Virus record (IMG/VR): IMGVR_UViG_3300044676_005314
Coordinates: 7,807 to 71,806 of that record
Reading direction: 5' to 3' (one strand)
DNA from: a virus
Taxonomy: Duplodnaviria; Caudoviricetes
DNA length: 64,000 bases
Notes under the pieces: generated by a model
Databases searched by the model: none
The model's input: only the letters and a program-made list of their open reading frames with translations
Told to the model about the DNA's origin: nothing
Made by a program: the position numbers and the translations under genes
Part shown: piece by piece, positions 34,201-44,129 of the stretch
Position numbering within the stretch: position 1 is the first letter of the stretch
Layout: each line of letters opens with the position of its first letter

Positions 34201-35311
34201 ATCTGGGGATTATGATGAATTAGGTTTTTTTGTAACTAATACAACATCAGAAGGAGGATATTCTACATTTTCAGCTTCTAATGGTACTGATGATATATTT
34301 GCTTTTAACACACTAAGTGACCAATTTAATATAAGAGGAGAGTTACAAGTAGCAGGTAACTTAGCAGTTAACTCTGGTTTAAAAGCTGGGGGAGTAACTG
34401 GAAGCTCTGGACAGGTTTTACAAAGTACAGGCTCTGGTGTTCAGTGGGCAAATGCTGGTGGTTCACACGCAGATAGTGACCATAACAGTTTTGCTGATAG
34501 TACACATAGTCATAATGATTTATATTATACAGAAACAGAAGCAAATAACTTATTAAACAATAAAGCAGATAGCTCTCACGGAACTCACGTTAGTTATGGT
34601 GGAAATGGTAGTCAATCTACTGTATCAAGGTCTGACCATACTCACGCAAGTTCTGGTGGTGTTACTTCTATAACTGGTGGTGGTTCTGCTATGACAGGAG
34701 CAATAGCATTCACAAGTACTGGTGGTGGTTTTTTTGATACAATATCTCAAGATACTCAACAAGTTAAATTTACAAGAAGTGGTGTTAGCTCTGTAACATT
34801 AAGACCATCTTCTTCTAATACAACCACTACACTAGGAACTTCTGGCAACAGGTGGTTGCTTCTTTATTCTCAATTTAGTACAAATGTAAGCTCTGATGAA
34901 ACACTTAAAGAAAATATTAATGTATCGGATTTAGGTTTAGATTTTATCAATGACTTACAACCAAAGAAATTTACATACATAAGACAATTTGGTTGGGTTT
35001 GTCAAAATACAGAAGAAGAAGTGGAAGCAGAAGATTCAGAATGTAATTCTTGTGACGAAGATACTGATTGTGTTATTGAATGGACAGATGTAACAGGTAT
35101 AGAAGAAGATGCAATTTCTTATGGATTAATTGCACAAGAAGTTGAAGCATTACAACCAGAAGGAACTAATTGGAACTTAGTTAGAGGTGAAGGAGACGAA
35201 ACTAAGTCTCTCGCTTATTCAGAATTTATATCTCCATTAGTAAAAGCAGTACAAGAGCTATCTCAACAGAACAGTGATTTACTAGCTAGAATAGAAGTAC
35301 TGGAAGGATAA
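31262..35311 (+). CDS. tail tip/central fibre with FN3-like repeats and C-terminal intramolecular chaperone (peptidase S74-like)
   Basis: TY.VGVA.VDKSG and YYFRIIAVDKSGN; SSDETLKENI...LGLDFI..LQP..F.Y; YGLIAQEVE; LVKAVQEL. Confidence 0.85.
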   Translation: MAITERLMGPGNFTVTFSQEFTPTAIIEAIKEWGHIVITPQEIDIDTLSDSEILNSSRYTGIVLNRTLEEGSVQINGQGLELYMGDGNAKGMVIAESNNVGKVRNYTATTLSETLFNSTAQTNKPLGIMLDEAGNTQAITQGTISNPASTYTGSHFVETALSALKFVCEILNVEYRVNSNATIDAGPQANLFEGVGTSEPNSIIVKTAYGQDPEFEGVVPQGLRTEFDASDWVSRVDFTGEVGFFDTATDVAGEANLGSNPYKDLHGNELKRVALVQEPDVPEANLNTKATTMLNELSRIKKVLNLDLEQYEVSGDMKVGDYIYAFDPDVGFKDTATDATAESRDLYEITFRGQTITPVKIRVLGITFPVTTGMGCYYRDKDGNYTDITEYVNYENGAAQVELGDLIRTIGDDLRFSEFSLSKSTAGAFSIPNLPSTPTLQSGTYLNATGDSSGFIRVTVSRPTNIDGSQITDGSHYKIRYKRITESDYSYQNFPFTGVSSESLLIQDLTVGETYDVGVAVVDKSGFKKMSAYDGTGSDLYTNSSSINPSFATNARVEIEKDGQAPSKPKTATIAAGPLRVQITHYLGKDGTDGNGNPYGNFTLEGDVDHLDVHAVTQSGNSATFTTSASTKIGEVRVTSGNLLQQIPVIATIELEDSEDYYFRIIAVDKSGNSSDASDGQSATANLIAEANIADATITTAKIGEAQITNALIADATITTAKINDLSADKITSGTITGGEITVGGVSNTSGFIKSYNFSSGSAGWAINSDGSAEFANATVRGTLNASDITAGTLDASNITVTNLNAGEISTGTLNVDRLPTITTSQINFTASDIDGVDPDTILATINASSEGIEINANKLDLSGSLSVGDALDVGGSDASSFHVDIDGNMWLGAGTYAAAPFKVSNAGALEASSFSLTGGSATNLALQVATQSSGTPTSASSSAIKIGTSVMFEQSDKLKVTKPFVVLPDGSESAPSLTISGDYDELGFFVTNTTSEGGYSTFSASNGTDDIFAFNTLSDQFNIRGELQVAGNLAVNSGLKAGGVTGSSGQVLQSTGSGVQWANAGGSHADSDHNSFADSTHSHNDLYYTETEANNLLNNKADSSHGTHVSYGGNGSQSTVSRSDHTHASSGGVTSITGGGSAMTGAIAFTSTGGGFFDTISQDTQQVKFTRSGVSSVTLRPSSSNTTTTLGTSGNRWLLLYSQFSTNVSSDETLKENINVSDLGLDFINDLQPKKFTYIRQFGWVCQNTEEEVEAEDSECNSCDEDTDCVIEWTDVTGIEEDAISYGLIAQEVEALQPEGTNWNLVRGEGDETKSLAYSEFISPLVKAVQELSQQNSDLLARIEVLEG

Positions 35312-35312
35312 T

Positions 35313-36554
35313 ATGGCTGATATTATTAATGAAGGTGATTCCAAGTTAGAGGTAGTTGATGCCTCTTCTGATGCCTTAGCTAAAATAATTGCTGAAATCA
35401 ATGGTGTTGAAAGAATACACCAGTCCTCAACACTACTTACATTTTCTAATCCAGCTGACCAAATGGAAACCGGTAATGCTACCGATGACCAAAATGGTGC
35501 TGCTTCTACATTCAATGGATTTACTGTTGCTGATGGTGTAGTTAAAGTTGTATCCGGTGATGGTTCTACAATTCCACAATCTAACTTATATATTGATGGT
35601 AAATCAATCATATCTGACAAAACCCTTGCTATTGGTACTACAGGACAGAAAGAATTACATTTTGGAACTAATGGAACTCAATGGGTAAAGATTACAGAAA
35701 GTGGTTATTTAGACTTTCAAAAAATGACAATCAACGGTTCTCAAGGAACTGCTGGTCAATACATAAAGAATGCGGGAAATGGAACTATTGAATGGGCAAC
35801 TATTGATAGCAACAATGCATTTGGAACTGTTACCGTCGGTGCTACAAGTTTAGATGCAGGAAGTGTAGGAGATACATTTACAATTGCAGCAGGTAGTAAT
35901 ATAACTCTTACACCGGATAGCTCAAATAATACTTTAACAATTGCAGCAAATTCTCAGAATATATTTCAAAATATTGCTGTTTCGGGACAATCAATTGTTG
36001 CTGCTGACGGTTCTTCAGATACACTCAATTTTGCTGCAGGTACAGGAATATCTATAACAACAGATTCTGCTACCGACACAATAACAATAACTTCTACTGG
36101 TGGTGTAGGAGGTTCTACAGAAGATGTATTTAAAACTATTGCAGTTAGTGGTCAATCTAGTGTTGTAGCAGATAGTTCAACAGATACTCTGACACTTGTT
36201 GCAGGCGACGATATGGAAATCACTACAGATGACGCTTCTGACACAATAACCTTCAAAAATGATTCAGCAAGAAAACTATCTAAACTTGGTTACTTAGCTT
36301 TAACAGGAAGTAATGGCTCAGCGAACATATTACCTTTAAAGAATTACTTTATTAATCAAAGTACTTCTTTAAGCGTAAATGGGGGCGGTTCTAACGTAGG
36401 TATGTCAACACGAGCTTTGAGACTGCTACAATCAGATGGTAGCACTTATAGTTTTATGATTATGCCAGCTACAAGCGACGGGGAAAGCTTAATTTTTACA
36501 TACACAAAGACAGATGGGACAACAACAACCAAAAATATAACAATGGCAGCTTAA
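35313..36554 (+). CDS. tail fibre-like virion protein
   Basis: three F..I.V.GQ.S.VAD...DTLT..AG..I.ITTD...DTITI repeats. Confidence 0.7.
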   Translation: MADIINEGDSKLEVVDASSDALAKIIAEINGVERIHQSSTLLTFSNPADQMETGNATDDQNGAASTFNGFTVADGVVKVVSGDGSTIPQSNLYIDGKSIISDKTLAIGTTGQKELHFGTNGTQWVKITESGYLDFQKMTINGSQGTAGQYIKNAGNGTIEWATIDSNNAFGTVTVGATSLDAGSVGDTFTIAAGSNITLTPDSSNNTLTIAANSQNIFQNIAVSGQSIVAADGSSDTLNFAAGTGISITTDSATDTITITSTGGVGGSTEDVFKTIAVSGQSSVVADSSTDTLTLVAGDDMEITTDDASDTITFKNDSARKLSKLGYLALTGSNGSANILPLKNYFINQSTSLSVNGGGSNVGMSTRALRLLQSDGSTYSFMIMPATSDGESLIFTYTKTDGTTTTKNITMAA

Positions 36555-36570
36555 ACGAGTAGGTAGGTAA

Positions 36571-39500
36571 ATGGCTCAAAAATCTCCAATTAGGGGGGAC
36601 TTTAATGGTTCCGATTTAGTTGGTTTAGCAGAATATCAAGCATCAGATTTTATAGGAATAGATGATGGTGGTACAGGTGCAAATACTGCATCTGGTGCTA
36701 GAACAGCTTTGGGACTTGCTATTGGTTCTGACGTACAATCTTACGATGCTCAGTTAACTGATATAGCAGGATTAACACCTACAGATGCTAACTTCATTGT
36801 TGGTGATGGTTCTAACTTTGTCACTGAATCTGGTGCAACAGCTAGAGCGTCTTTAGGGTTAAGCTCTAGTGATTCACCTACGTTTAACAATTTGTCTGTT
36901 TCTGGAAACCTCACAGTTTCGGGTACTCAAACTATCTTATCTACCGAAACATTAACAGTCGATGACAATACAATAGTTTTAAATTCTAATGCTACAGGTT
37001 CTGCTTCAGAAGATGCTGGTATAGAAATAGAAAGAGGAGACGATACAAATGTCACTCTTATCTGGGATGAAACAAATGATAGATGGACTGTCGGGTCATA
37101 TGATTTTGTAGCTGCAACATTTATTGGTAATTTGACTGGTAATGTTACAGGTACAGTATCTGATGTCAGTAACCACAATACTGACGATATATCTGAAGGC
37201 TCAACAAATCTGTATTACACAACTGCTCGTTTTGATACAGCTTTCAGTAGCAAAGACACAGATGATTTAACTGAGGGTTCAACTAATTTATATTACACCG
37301 ATGCAAGGGTTGGAACTTACCTGACAACAAACAGTTATGCTACCGAAAGCTATGTACAAACTCAAGTAGCTACTGCTAATGAATTATCAGAGATGACAGA
37401 TGTTACTTTAACATCTACTACTACTGGCGATTTTATACAATATAACGGTTCTGCTTGGGTCAATATAGCACCTGACACAGACGATATAGCTGAAGGAACA
37501 AACCTTTATTATACAAATACAAGAGCAGATGCTCGTATAGCAGCAGCTAGTATTGGAGATTTATCAGATGTAACTTTAACTTCTACACAAACAGGTGACA
37601 TCCTTAGATACAATGGTTCAGCATTTATTAATGAACCACTTAATTTAGGAACAGATACTGAAGGTGCATACGTTGCAAGCCTTGTTGCTGGAACAGGTAT
37701 AGACCTAAGCAACAATACTGGAGAAACAGCAACACCAACTATTACAGTTGATTTCGGTGACTTTAGCACTAGTGACTTAGCAGAAGGAACAAACCTTTAT
37801 TACACAGATGCTAGGTGGGATACCAAAATGGCAGCAGCAGACACTGGAGATTTGTCTGAAGGTTCTAATCTTTATTACACAACAGCAAGATTTGACACAG
37901 CTTTTACAGGTAAATCTACTTCTGATTTATCAGAGGGAACTAACCTCTACTACACAACAGCAAGATTTGATACTGCGTTTAGTGGTAAAGATACAGATGA
38001 CTTAACAGAAGGAAGTACTAACTTATACTTTACTTCTGAAAGAGTTGATGACAGAGTTGCCGCACTATTAATAGATTCTGCAACAAGTGGTATAGATATA
38101 AGCTATGACGACAATAATAACCAATTAACTTTAACTGTAGATTTACCAGAAGTAGAAGATGCTTTAGAAGACATTGTAAATGGACTTGTAGTTGGAGGAA
38201 CAGGAATAACATCTACTTATGATGACACTGCTGGAACATTAACTTTAACCATACCTCAAGAAGTAGGAACATCAAGCGATGTAACTTTTAATCAAGTTAC
38301 TGCTGACTTAGTTGGTAATGTTACAGGAAATGTAACCGGTACTGTATCTTCTTTATCCAATCACGACACTGATGATGTAACCGAGGGTTCATCTAATCTT
38401 TATTACACTGATGCAAGAGCTAGAGCTTCTGTTTCTGTTACTGATTCCGGAGGAGACGGTTCACTGTCATATGACAACTCGACAGGAGTTATAACATATA
38501 CAGGACCATCTGCTTCAGAAGTCAGAGCACATTTAAGTGGTGGAACGGGTGTAACTATAACATCTGGTTCTATTGCAATAGGACAAGCTGTTGCAACTAC
38601 TGATGATGTAACATTTGCAACTGTAGAAACCACTGGAAACGTAACTGTTGGAGGAAATCTAACTGTATCTGGAACAACTACAACATTAAATACTGAAACA
38701 TTAACAGTTGATGATAACTTAATTATTTTAAATTCAAACGCTGCATCAACACCTACAGAAAATGCTGGTATTGAAATAGAACGTGGTGATTCTTCAAACA
38801 AGACACTTCTATGGAATGAAACAGATGATAAATGGTCAATAGGCTCTGAGACATTTGTAGCAGGGACTTTTGAAGGAGCCTTGACTGGGAATGTCACAGG
38901 AACTGTATCAAGCATCAGCAATCACGACACTGATAGCTTAAGTGAGGGCTCCACCAATTTATACTACACAGATGCAAGAGTTTCTAACTATTTAACTGAT
39001 GGCACTGGTATAAATGAATCTGGTGGTACATTAAGCATAGACTTTAATGACTTTGATACTGATAGTATCACAGAAGGTTCTAGCAATCTATATCACACTA
39101 CTGCAAGAGCTAGAAGTTCAGTATCGGGTGGTACTGGATTAGATTACAATAGCTCAACAGGTGTATTTGATATTGATGCAACTGTAGCAACTCTTACTGG
39201 TTCACAAACATTAACAAATAAAACAATAGACTTTGAAAACAATACTGCTGTATCAGTAATTATGGTCACAGTTGCCAATGCTTCCGGCACTAATAAATAT
39301 TTATTAGATGGTGAAGTAGCAGGTAGTTTACAATTAACTCCGGGAATTACATATAGATTTGATATGTCTGATTCTTCTAACAGTGGTCATCCACTTAAGT
39401 TTTCAGCAACATTAGGTGGAACTCATAACAGTGGTACTGAATACAGTACAGGAGTATCAACAAATGGTACTGCAGGAAATAGTGGGGCTTATGTAGATAT

Positions 39501-42500
39501 AAAAGCAGACGCTTCTACACCGGACAGATTGTTCTATTATTGTGCCAATCACTCTGGTATGGGTGGAGGTGTATTAGAAGTTGCTGGTAATTCGATTGTT
39601 GAATTTGCAGTCACAGTAGCCAACGTAAGTGGTAACAAATATCATCTAGATGGAGAAACTGCTGCAAGCGTTCAATTAGTTCCGGGAACAGTTTATAGAT
39701 TTGACCAAGGAGACAGTTCTAACAATGGACATCCACTTAGATTATCTACTACAAAAGATGGAACATTTAACAGTGGTAGCGAATACACAACTCAAGTTTC
39801 TACTTCCGGAACTCCGGGAACAGCAGGTTCATACACACAAATAATTGTAAATGGTGCCACTGCAGATAAGCTTTATTATTACTGTTCTAATCACTCTGGA
39901 ATGGGTGGAGATTCAGTTGTGTCAGTACAAGGAAGTAGTTTTGTTGCAGGAACTGGAATAAGTATATCCGGTGAAACAATATCAACAACAATAACTCAAT
40001 ATGCAGATAGTGATGCTAGAGGAGCGATATCCGTCACAGATAGTGGTGGGGATGGTTCGTTAGCGTACAATTCAAGCACAGGTGTAATAACCTATACAGG
40101 ACCTAGTTCTAGTGAAATTAGAGCACACTTTAGTGGTGGAACAGGTATTGATATAAACTCCGGCTCTGTTGCTATTGATAGCACCGTATTAACATCAAGC
40201 AATAATACTGACGATATCACAGAAGGTTCTTCAAATCTTTATTACACAGATGCTAGAAGTCGTGCTGCAGTATCAGTCACTGACTCGGGTGGCGATGGTA
40301 GCCTTGCTTACAATAGTTCAACAGGAGTAATTACATACACTGGGCCTTCAGCTGCTGAAGTTAGAGCTCACATTACTGCAGGTACAGGTGTTTCCATAAC
40401 TTCTGGTGAAGTTGCAATAGGTCAGTCAGTTGGAACCTCAGATAATGTAACTTTTAACGATATGACAGTATCCGGTAATTTAACTGTTAGTGGAACTACA
40501 ACAACTTTAAATACAGAAACTCTTACTGTTGACGACAACATAATTGTATTAAATAACAATGTCACAGGTACACCTAGCGAAAACGCAGGTATTGAGATTG
40601 AAAGAGGAAGCTCTACTAATAAAACATTTGTATGGGATGAATCAAATGACAAGTGGACTATCGGTTCAGAAACTTTTGTTGCAGGAACAGTAGAAGCTAG
40701 CTTAACTGGAAATGTCACAGGTGATGTCACAGGTAATGCTGATACAGCAACTGCTTTAGCTACAGCTAGAACTATAGGTGGTGTTTCTTTTGATGGAACA
40801 GCAAATATAGATTTACCGGGTGTTAATACTTCTGGTAATCAAAATACAAGTGGTAGTGCTGCTACTTTAACAACAGCTAGAAACTTTTCTTTAACTGGCG
40901 ATGTAACTGCAAGTGCAGTTAGCTTCGATGGTTCCGGTGCCGTAGCATTAGCTACAACAATAGGTGCAGGTGCTGTTGACTTTGCAATGATTGCAGACAC
41001 TGTAGATGAAGATGATATGACTTCTAACTCTGCAACTAAATTACCAACACAGCAATCAGTAAAAGCTTATGTAGATGCTCAAATAGCTACTAAAGATGCT
41101 TTATCAGAACTTAGTGGAGATACTGATGATATAACTGAAGGCTCTACTAATCTTTACTTTACTAACGCTAGAGCAGACGCAAGAATTACAGCTGCTGATA
41201 TACAAGATTTAAACAATGTAGGATTCTCTGCACCGGGCGCTTCTGATGATGATAAAGTTGTCACTTGGGACAACTCAGCAGGAACATTTGCTCTAAAATC
41301 TGTTAGTGGTATATCCGGTTCGGGTGAAACAAACACAGCTTCTAACATTGGTACTGCAGGTGTAGGACTTTTTGATGGAAAAGTTGGAGAAGATTTACAG
41401 TTTAAGAAGATTAATGCAGGTTCTGCAAAAATTACAATTACTGATGATACTTCAAATAACGAAGTAGATATAGACTTTGGTTCTGTATCAATTGATGATT
41501 TAAGTGATGTAGATACAACAAGTTCAGCACCTACAAGCGGTCAAGCTCTTAAATGGTCTGGTTCGCAATGGGAACCGGGAGATGCTAGTTCACAAGTAGC
41601 ACAATTAACAGATGTTACTCTTACATCACTAGCAACCAATGAAGTATTAAGATATAACGGCAGTGCTTGGGTTAATGTAGCTTTAGATACTGATGACATA
41701 GGAGAAGGTTCTACAAACCTTTACTACACAGACGCTAGAGCTGATGCAAGAATAGCTGCAGCAACAACAGATGACCTAACTGAAGGTTCAACCAATCTTT
41801 ACTATACAGATGCAAGAGCTAGAGGTTCTATTAGTGTAACAGATAGTGGTGGCGATGGTTCACTAGCTTATAACTCAAGTACCGGTGTTCTTACTTACAC
41901 AGGTCCTAGTGCCTCTGAAGTTCAAGCACACATTACAGCTGGTACTGGTGTGTCAATTAGCTCTGGTGAAGTATCTATAGGTCAAGCTGTAGCTACAACT
42001 TCTGATGTAACATTTAATGACTTAATAGTATCTGGTGACTTAACAGTTTCTGGTACTACAACTACTGTCAATACAGAAACAATAGCTTTAGCTGATAATC
42101 AAATTGTTCTTAATTCCAATGCAACTGGCTCTGCTTCAGAGAATGGTGGTATTGAAATTGAGAGAGGTGATGATGCTAATAAGACACTTATATGGGATGA
42201 AAGCATAGACAAGTGGACAGTTGGCTCAGAGACTTTTGTAGCTGCAACCTTTGAAGGTGATGCTACAGGTATTACAACAGCAGCAATAACTGCTTTAACA
42301 GAAGATAGCTCTCCAGCAGAAGATGACTTCTTAGTAACATTTGATACAAGTGCTTCTGCATTAAAGAAAGTTGCAAAATCAAATATCGCAGCAGCAGTTA
42401 GCTTCAGTGTAAATGATGAAATGCCTCTTACACTTTCAGACGCAAGTTCAGACCCAATAGATTTTACAAACGTTGGTACCTCAGCTACAGACATAGACTT

Positions 42501-43176
42501 AGTTCTTTCTGATGGTACTAGTGACCCAATACAAATTGTAGGAACATCAAACTCTGCAACAGTATTTAGAGATGGCGATACAGATACTTATATCAAAGTA
42601 GAAGAAACTACTGATGATGACACGATTAGAATGGCTACTGCTGGAACTGAAAGACTTGTTATTGAAAGTACAGGTGAAGTTAAAGCAAATGGTAAAGACT
42701 TAGCTGGCTATTCAGATGGTGTAGAATTTAGCGTTCAACAGTTTAGGGTTACATCAGACCAAACTACTACTGGTGCTAATGCAGATGTAGGAAACTGGGA
42801 AGTTCCAGATAGCACATTACAAGCAAACTTTGGTAGTAATGTTAGCGAAAGTTCTGGAACATTTACATTTAGCAAAACAGGTTACTACAAAGTAGAAATT
42901 GTAGGATTAGGTGCAGCTGGAACTGATGGCTCTGCACATCACAATATATACATACACGCTACAGATGATAACTTTAGCAATGGAGTAGATATTGCTAGAG
43001 GTATTACACAAGCAGGTGGTGGTGGAGATAGTGCTTACGCTTCAGCAATTATAGATGTAACAGATTTGACAAATCACAAAATTAAATTTAGATATTTCAA
43101 CACAGGTGGAAGTTTTATAGGAGATAGCGCCCAAAATAAAACTTATGCAACATTCACAAGACTAGGAGATACATAA
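36571..43176 (+). CDS. giant repetitive tail fibre (2201 aa) with two cupredoxin-like modules
   Basis: 14 TDD.TEGS.NLYYT.AR repeats, 4 NLTVSGT..GIEIERG..WDE..DKW modules, 4 SVTDSGGDGSL.Y modules, 2 HP..FS...YYC.NHSGMGG modules. Confidence 0.85.
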   Translation: MAQKSPIRGDFNGSDLVGLAEYQASDFIGIDDGGTGANTASGARTALGLAIGSDVQSYDAQLTDIAGLTPTDANFIVGDGSNFVTESGATARASLGLSSSDSPTFNNLSVSGNLTVSGTQTILSTETLTVDDNTIVLNSNATGSASEDAGIEIERGDDTNVTLIWDETNDRWTVGSYDFVAATFIGNLTGNVTGTVSDVSNHNTDDISEGSTNLYYTTARFDTAFSSKDTDDLTEGSTNLYYTDARVGTYLTTNSYATESYVQTQVATANELSEMTDVTLTSTTTGDFIQYNGSAWVNIAPDTDDIAEGTNLYYTNTRADARIAAASIGDLSDVTLTSTQTGDILRYNGSAFINEPLNLGTDTEGAYVASLVAGTGIDLSNNTGETATPTITVDFGDFSTSDLAEGTNLYYTDARWDTKMAAADTGDLSEGSNLYYTTARFDTAFTGKSTSDLSEGTNLYYTTARFDTAFSGKDTDDLTEGSTNLYFTSERVDDRVAALLIDSATSGIDISYDDNNNQLTLTVDLPEVEDALEDIVNGLVVGGTGITSTYDDTAGTLTLTIPQEVGTSSDVTFNQVTADLVGNVTGNVTGTVSSLSNHDTDDVTEGSSNLYYTDARARASVSVTDSGGDGSLSYDNSTGVITYTGPSASEVRAHLSGGTGVTITSGSIAIGQAVATTDDVTFATVETTGNVTVGGNLTVSGTTTTLNTETLTVDDNLIILNSNAASTPTENAGIEIERGDSSNKTLLWNETDDKWSIGSETFVAGTFEGALTGNVTGTVSSISNHDTDSLSEGSTNLYYTDARVSNYLTDGTGINESGGTLSIDFNDFDTDSITEGSSNLYHTTARARSSVSGGTGLDYNSSTGVFDIDATVATLTGSQTLTNKTIDFENNTAVSVIMVTVANASGTNKYLLDGEVAGSLQLTPGITYRFDMSDSSNSGHPLKFSATLGGTHNSGTEYSTGVSTNGTAGNSGAYVDIKADASTPDRLFYYCANHSGMGGGVLEVAGNSIVEFAVTVANVSGNKYHLDGETAASVQLVPGTVYRFDQGDSSNNGHPLRLSTTKDGTFNSGSEYTTQVSTSGTPGTAGSYTQIIVNGATADKLYYYCSNHSGMGGDSVVSVQGSSFVAGTGISISGETISTTITQYADSDARGAISVTDSGGDGSLAYNSSTGVITYTGPSSSEIRAHFSGGTGIDINSGSVAIDSTVLTSSNNTDDITEGSSNLYYTDARSRAAVSVTDSGGDGSLAYNSSTGVITYTGPSAAEVRAHITAGTGVSITSGEVAIGQSVGTSDNVTFNDMTVSGNLTVSGTTTTLNTETLTVDDNIIVLNNNVTGTPSENAGIEIERGSSTNKTFVWDESNDKWTIGSETFVAGTVEASLTGNVTGDVTGNADTATALATARTIGGVSFDGTANIDLPGVNTSGNQNTSGSAATLTTARNFSLTGDVTASAVSFDGSGAVALATTIGAGAVDFAMIADTVDEDDMTSNSATKLPTQQSVKAYVDAQIATKDALSELSGDTDDITEGSTNLYFTNARADARITAADIQDLNNVGFSAPGASDDDKVVTWDNSAGTFALKSVSGISGSGETNTASNIGTAGVGLFDGKVGEDLQFKKINAGSAKITITDDTSNNEVDIDFGSVSIDDLSDVDTTSSAPTSGQALKWSGSQWEPGDASSQVAQLTDVTLTSLATNEVLRYNGSAWVNVALDTDDIGEGSTNLYYTDARADARIAAATTDDLTEGSTNLYYTDARARGSISVTDSGGDGSLAYNSSTGVLTYTGPSASEVQAHITAGTGVSISSGEVSIGQAVATTSDVTFNDLIVSGDLTVSGTTTTVNTETIALADNQIVLNSNATGSASENGGIEIERGDDANKTLIWDESIDKWTVGSETFVAATFEGDATGITTAAITALTEDSSPAEDDFLVTFDTSASALKKVAKSNIAAAVSFSVNDEMPLTLSDASSDPIDFTNVGTSATDIDLVLSDGTSDPIQIVGTSNSATVFRDGDTDTYIKVEETTDDDTIRMATAGTERLVIESTGEVKANGKDLAGYSDGVEFSVQQFRVTSDQTTTGANADVGNWEVPDSTLQANFGSNVSESSGTFTFSKTGYYKVEIVGLGAAGTDGSAHHNIYIHATDDNFSNGVDIARGITQAGGGGDSAYASAIIDVTDLTNHKIKFRYFNTGGSFIGDSAQNKTYATFTRLGDT

Positions 43177-43280
43177 TGGAAGTATTTATATCATTTGCAT
43201 CAGGTTTTGCAATAGGTTGGGGTAGTGTATGGTTTATTTTTTGTATCAAAGAAATAAGAGGAACAAAAGAGGAGATATAA
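43176..43280 (+). CDS. 34-aa single-TM peptide
   Basis: AGGAG RBS, TAATG overlap, hydrophobic. Confidence 0.45.
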   Translation: MEVFISFASGFAIGWGSVWFIFCIKEIRGTKEEI

Positions 43281-43331
43281 TGACGCTTATACTTGCTATA
43301 ATTAGAGTGTTTAATTCTATAAAGGAAAACG

Positions 43332-43790
43332 ATGGCAACTAGACAACATCTTATTCGTGTATCTACCACAGCTGGTGGTGATAGTAATGGATTATCCGAA
43401 TTTATACCGGGTTCTACAGATGGTGGGCCTTTAATCCCATCATATACAACAACAGAAAGAAATGCCATATCAAGTGCAAATGCCGGTATGGTGATATACA
43501 ACTCTACAGATAGCCGTTTACAGGTATATACAGGCTCTAGCTGGCAAGTATTAGAACAAGGTGATGTTACAGGTGTAACAACAGCAGCAACTTCTGGTCT
43601 TGATGGAGGTGCCGATTCTGGTGCAGTCACACTAGTAGTTGACGCATCAAGACTTACAGACGGAACATCAATAGATGTTGATGAGGACAATGACTTAGTA
43701 ATGTTATACGACAATTCCGCTTCAGCAATGGTAAAGGTGAAAGCTCAACAACTTCACACTACCGAAGCTTTACAGTGGATGGGATTATAG
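43332..43790 (+). CDS. virion structural protein
   Basis: P..TTTER.AI...AGM.IYN.T...LQVY.G..W fibre motif. Confidence 0.7.
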   Translation: MATRQHLIRVSTTAGGDSNGLSEFIPGSTDGGPLIPSYTTTERNAISSANAGMVIYNSTDSRLQVYTGSSWQVLEQGDVTGVTTAATSGLDGGADSGAVTLVVDASRLTDGTSIDVDEDNDLVMLYDNSASAMVKVKAQQLHTTEALQWMGL

Positions 43791-43799
43791 GAGAAATAA

Positions 43800-44129
43800 A
43801 TGGCAGTATATACAGCAGCAGAGTTGAATGCTAGCGAGACACTTGGTACTTCTGAAGCTGAAATTTTCAGCAATAGCAATAAAATAATTATCAAGCAAAT
43901 CTTATTAGCAAACTACACAGCTACTGATAGAACAGCACAGATTAAAGTTGTACCTTCAGGTGGAACTACAGGAGATGAGCATATCATTTTTGGAGATATT
44001 ACTGTGCCAGCTAACACAACCTCAGTTATTGACTTAGCAATGGTTGTAGCAGCAAGTGCGTCTATCAGAGGATTAGCTAGTGCAGCAAGCTCTATCAATG
44101 TACATATATCCGGTGTAGAGGTTAGTTAA
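43800..44129 (+). CDS. small beta-sandwich virion protein
   Basis: IIKQI.LAN....R and IN..ISG.E pattern. Confidence 0.6.
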   Translation: MAVYTAAELNASETLGTSEAEIFSNSNKIIIKQILLANYTATDRTAQIKVVPSGGTTGDEHIIFGDITVPANTTSVIDLAMVVAASASIRGLASAASSINVHISGVEVS

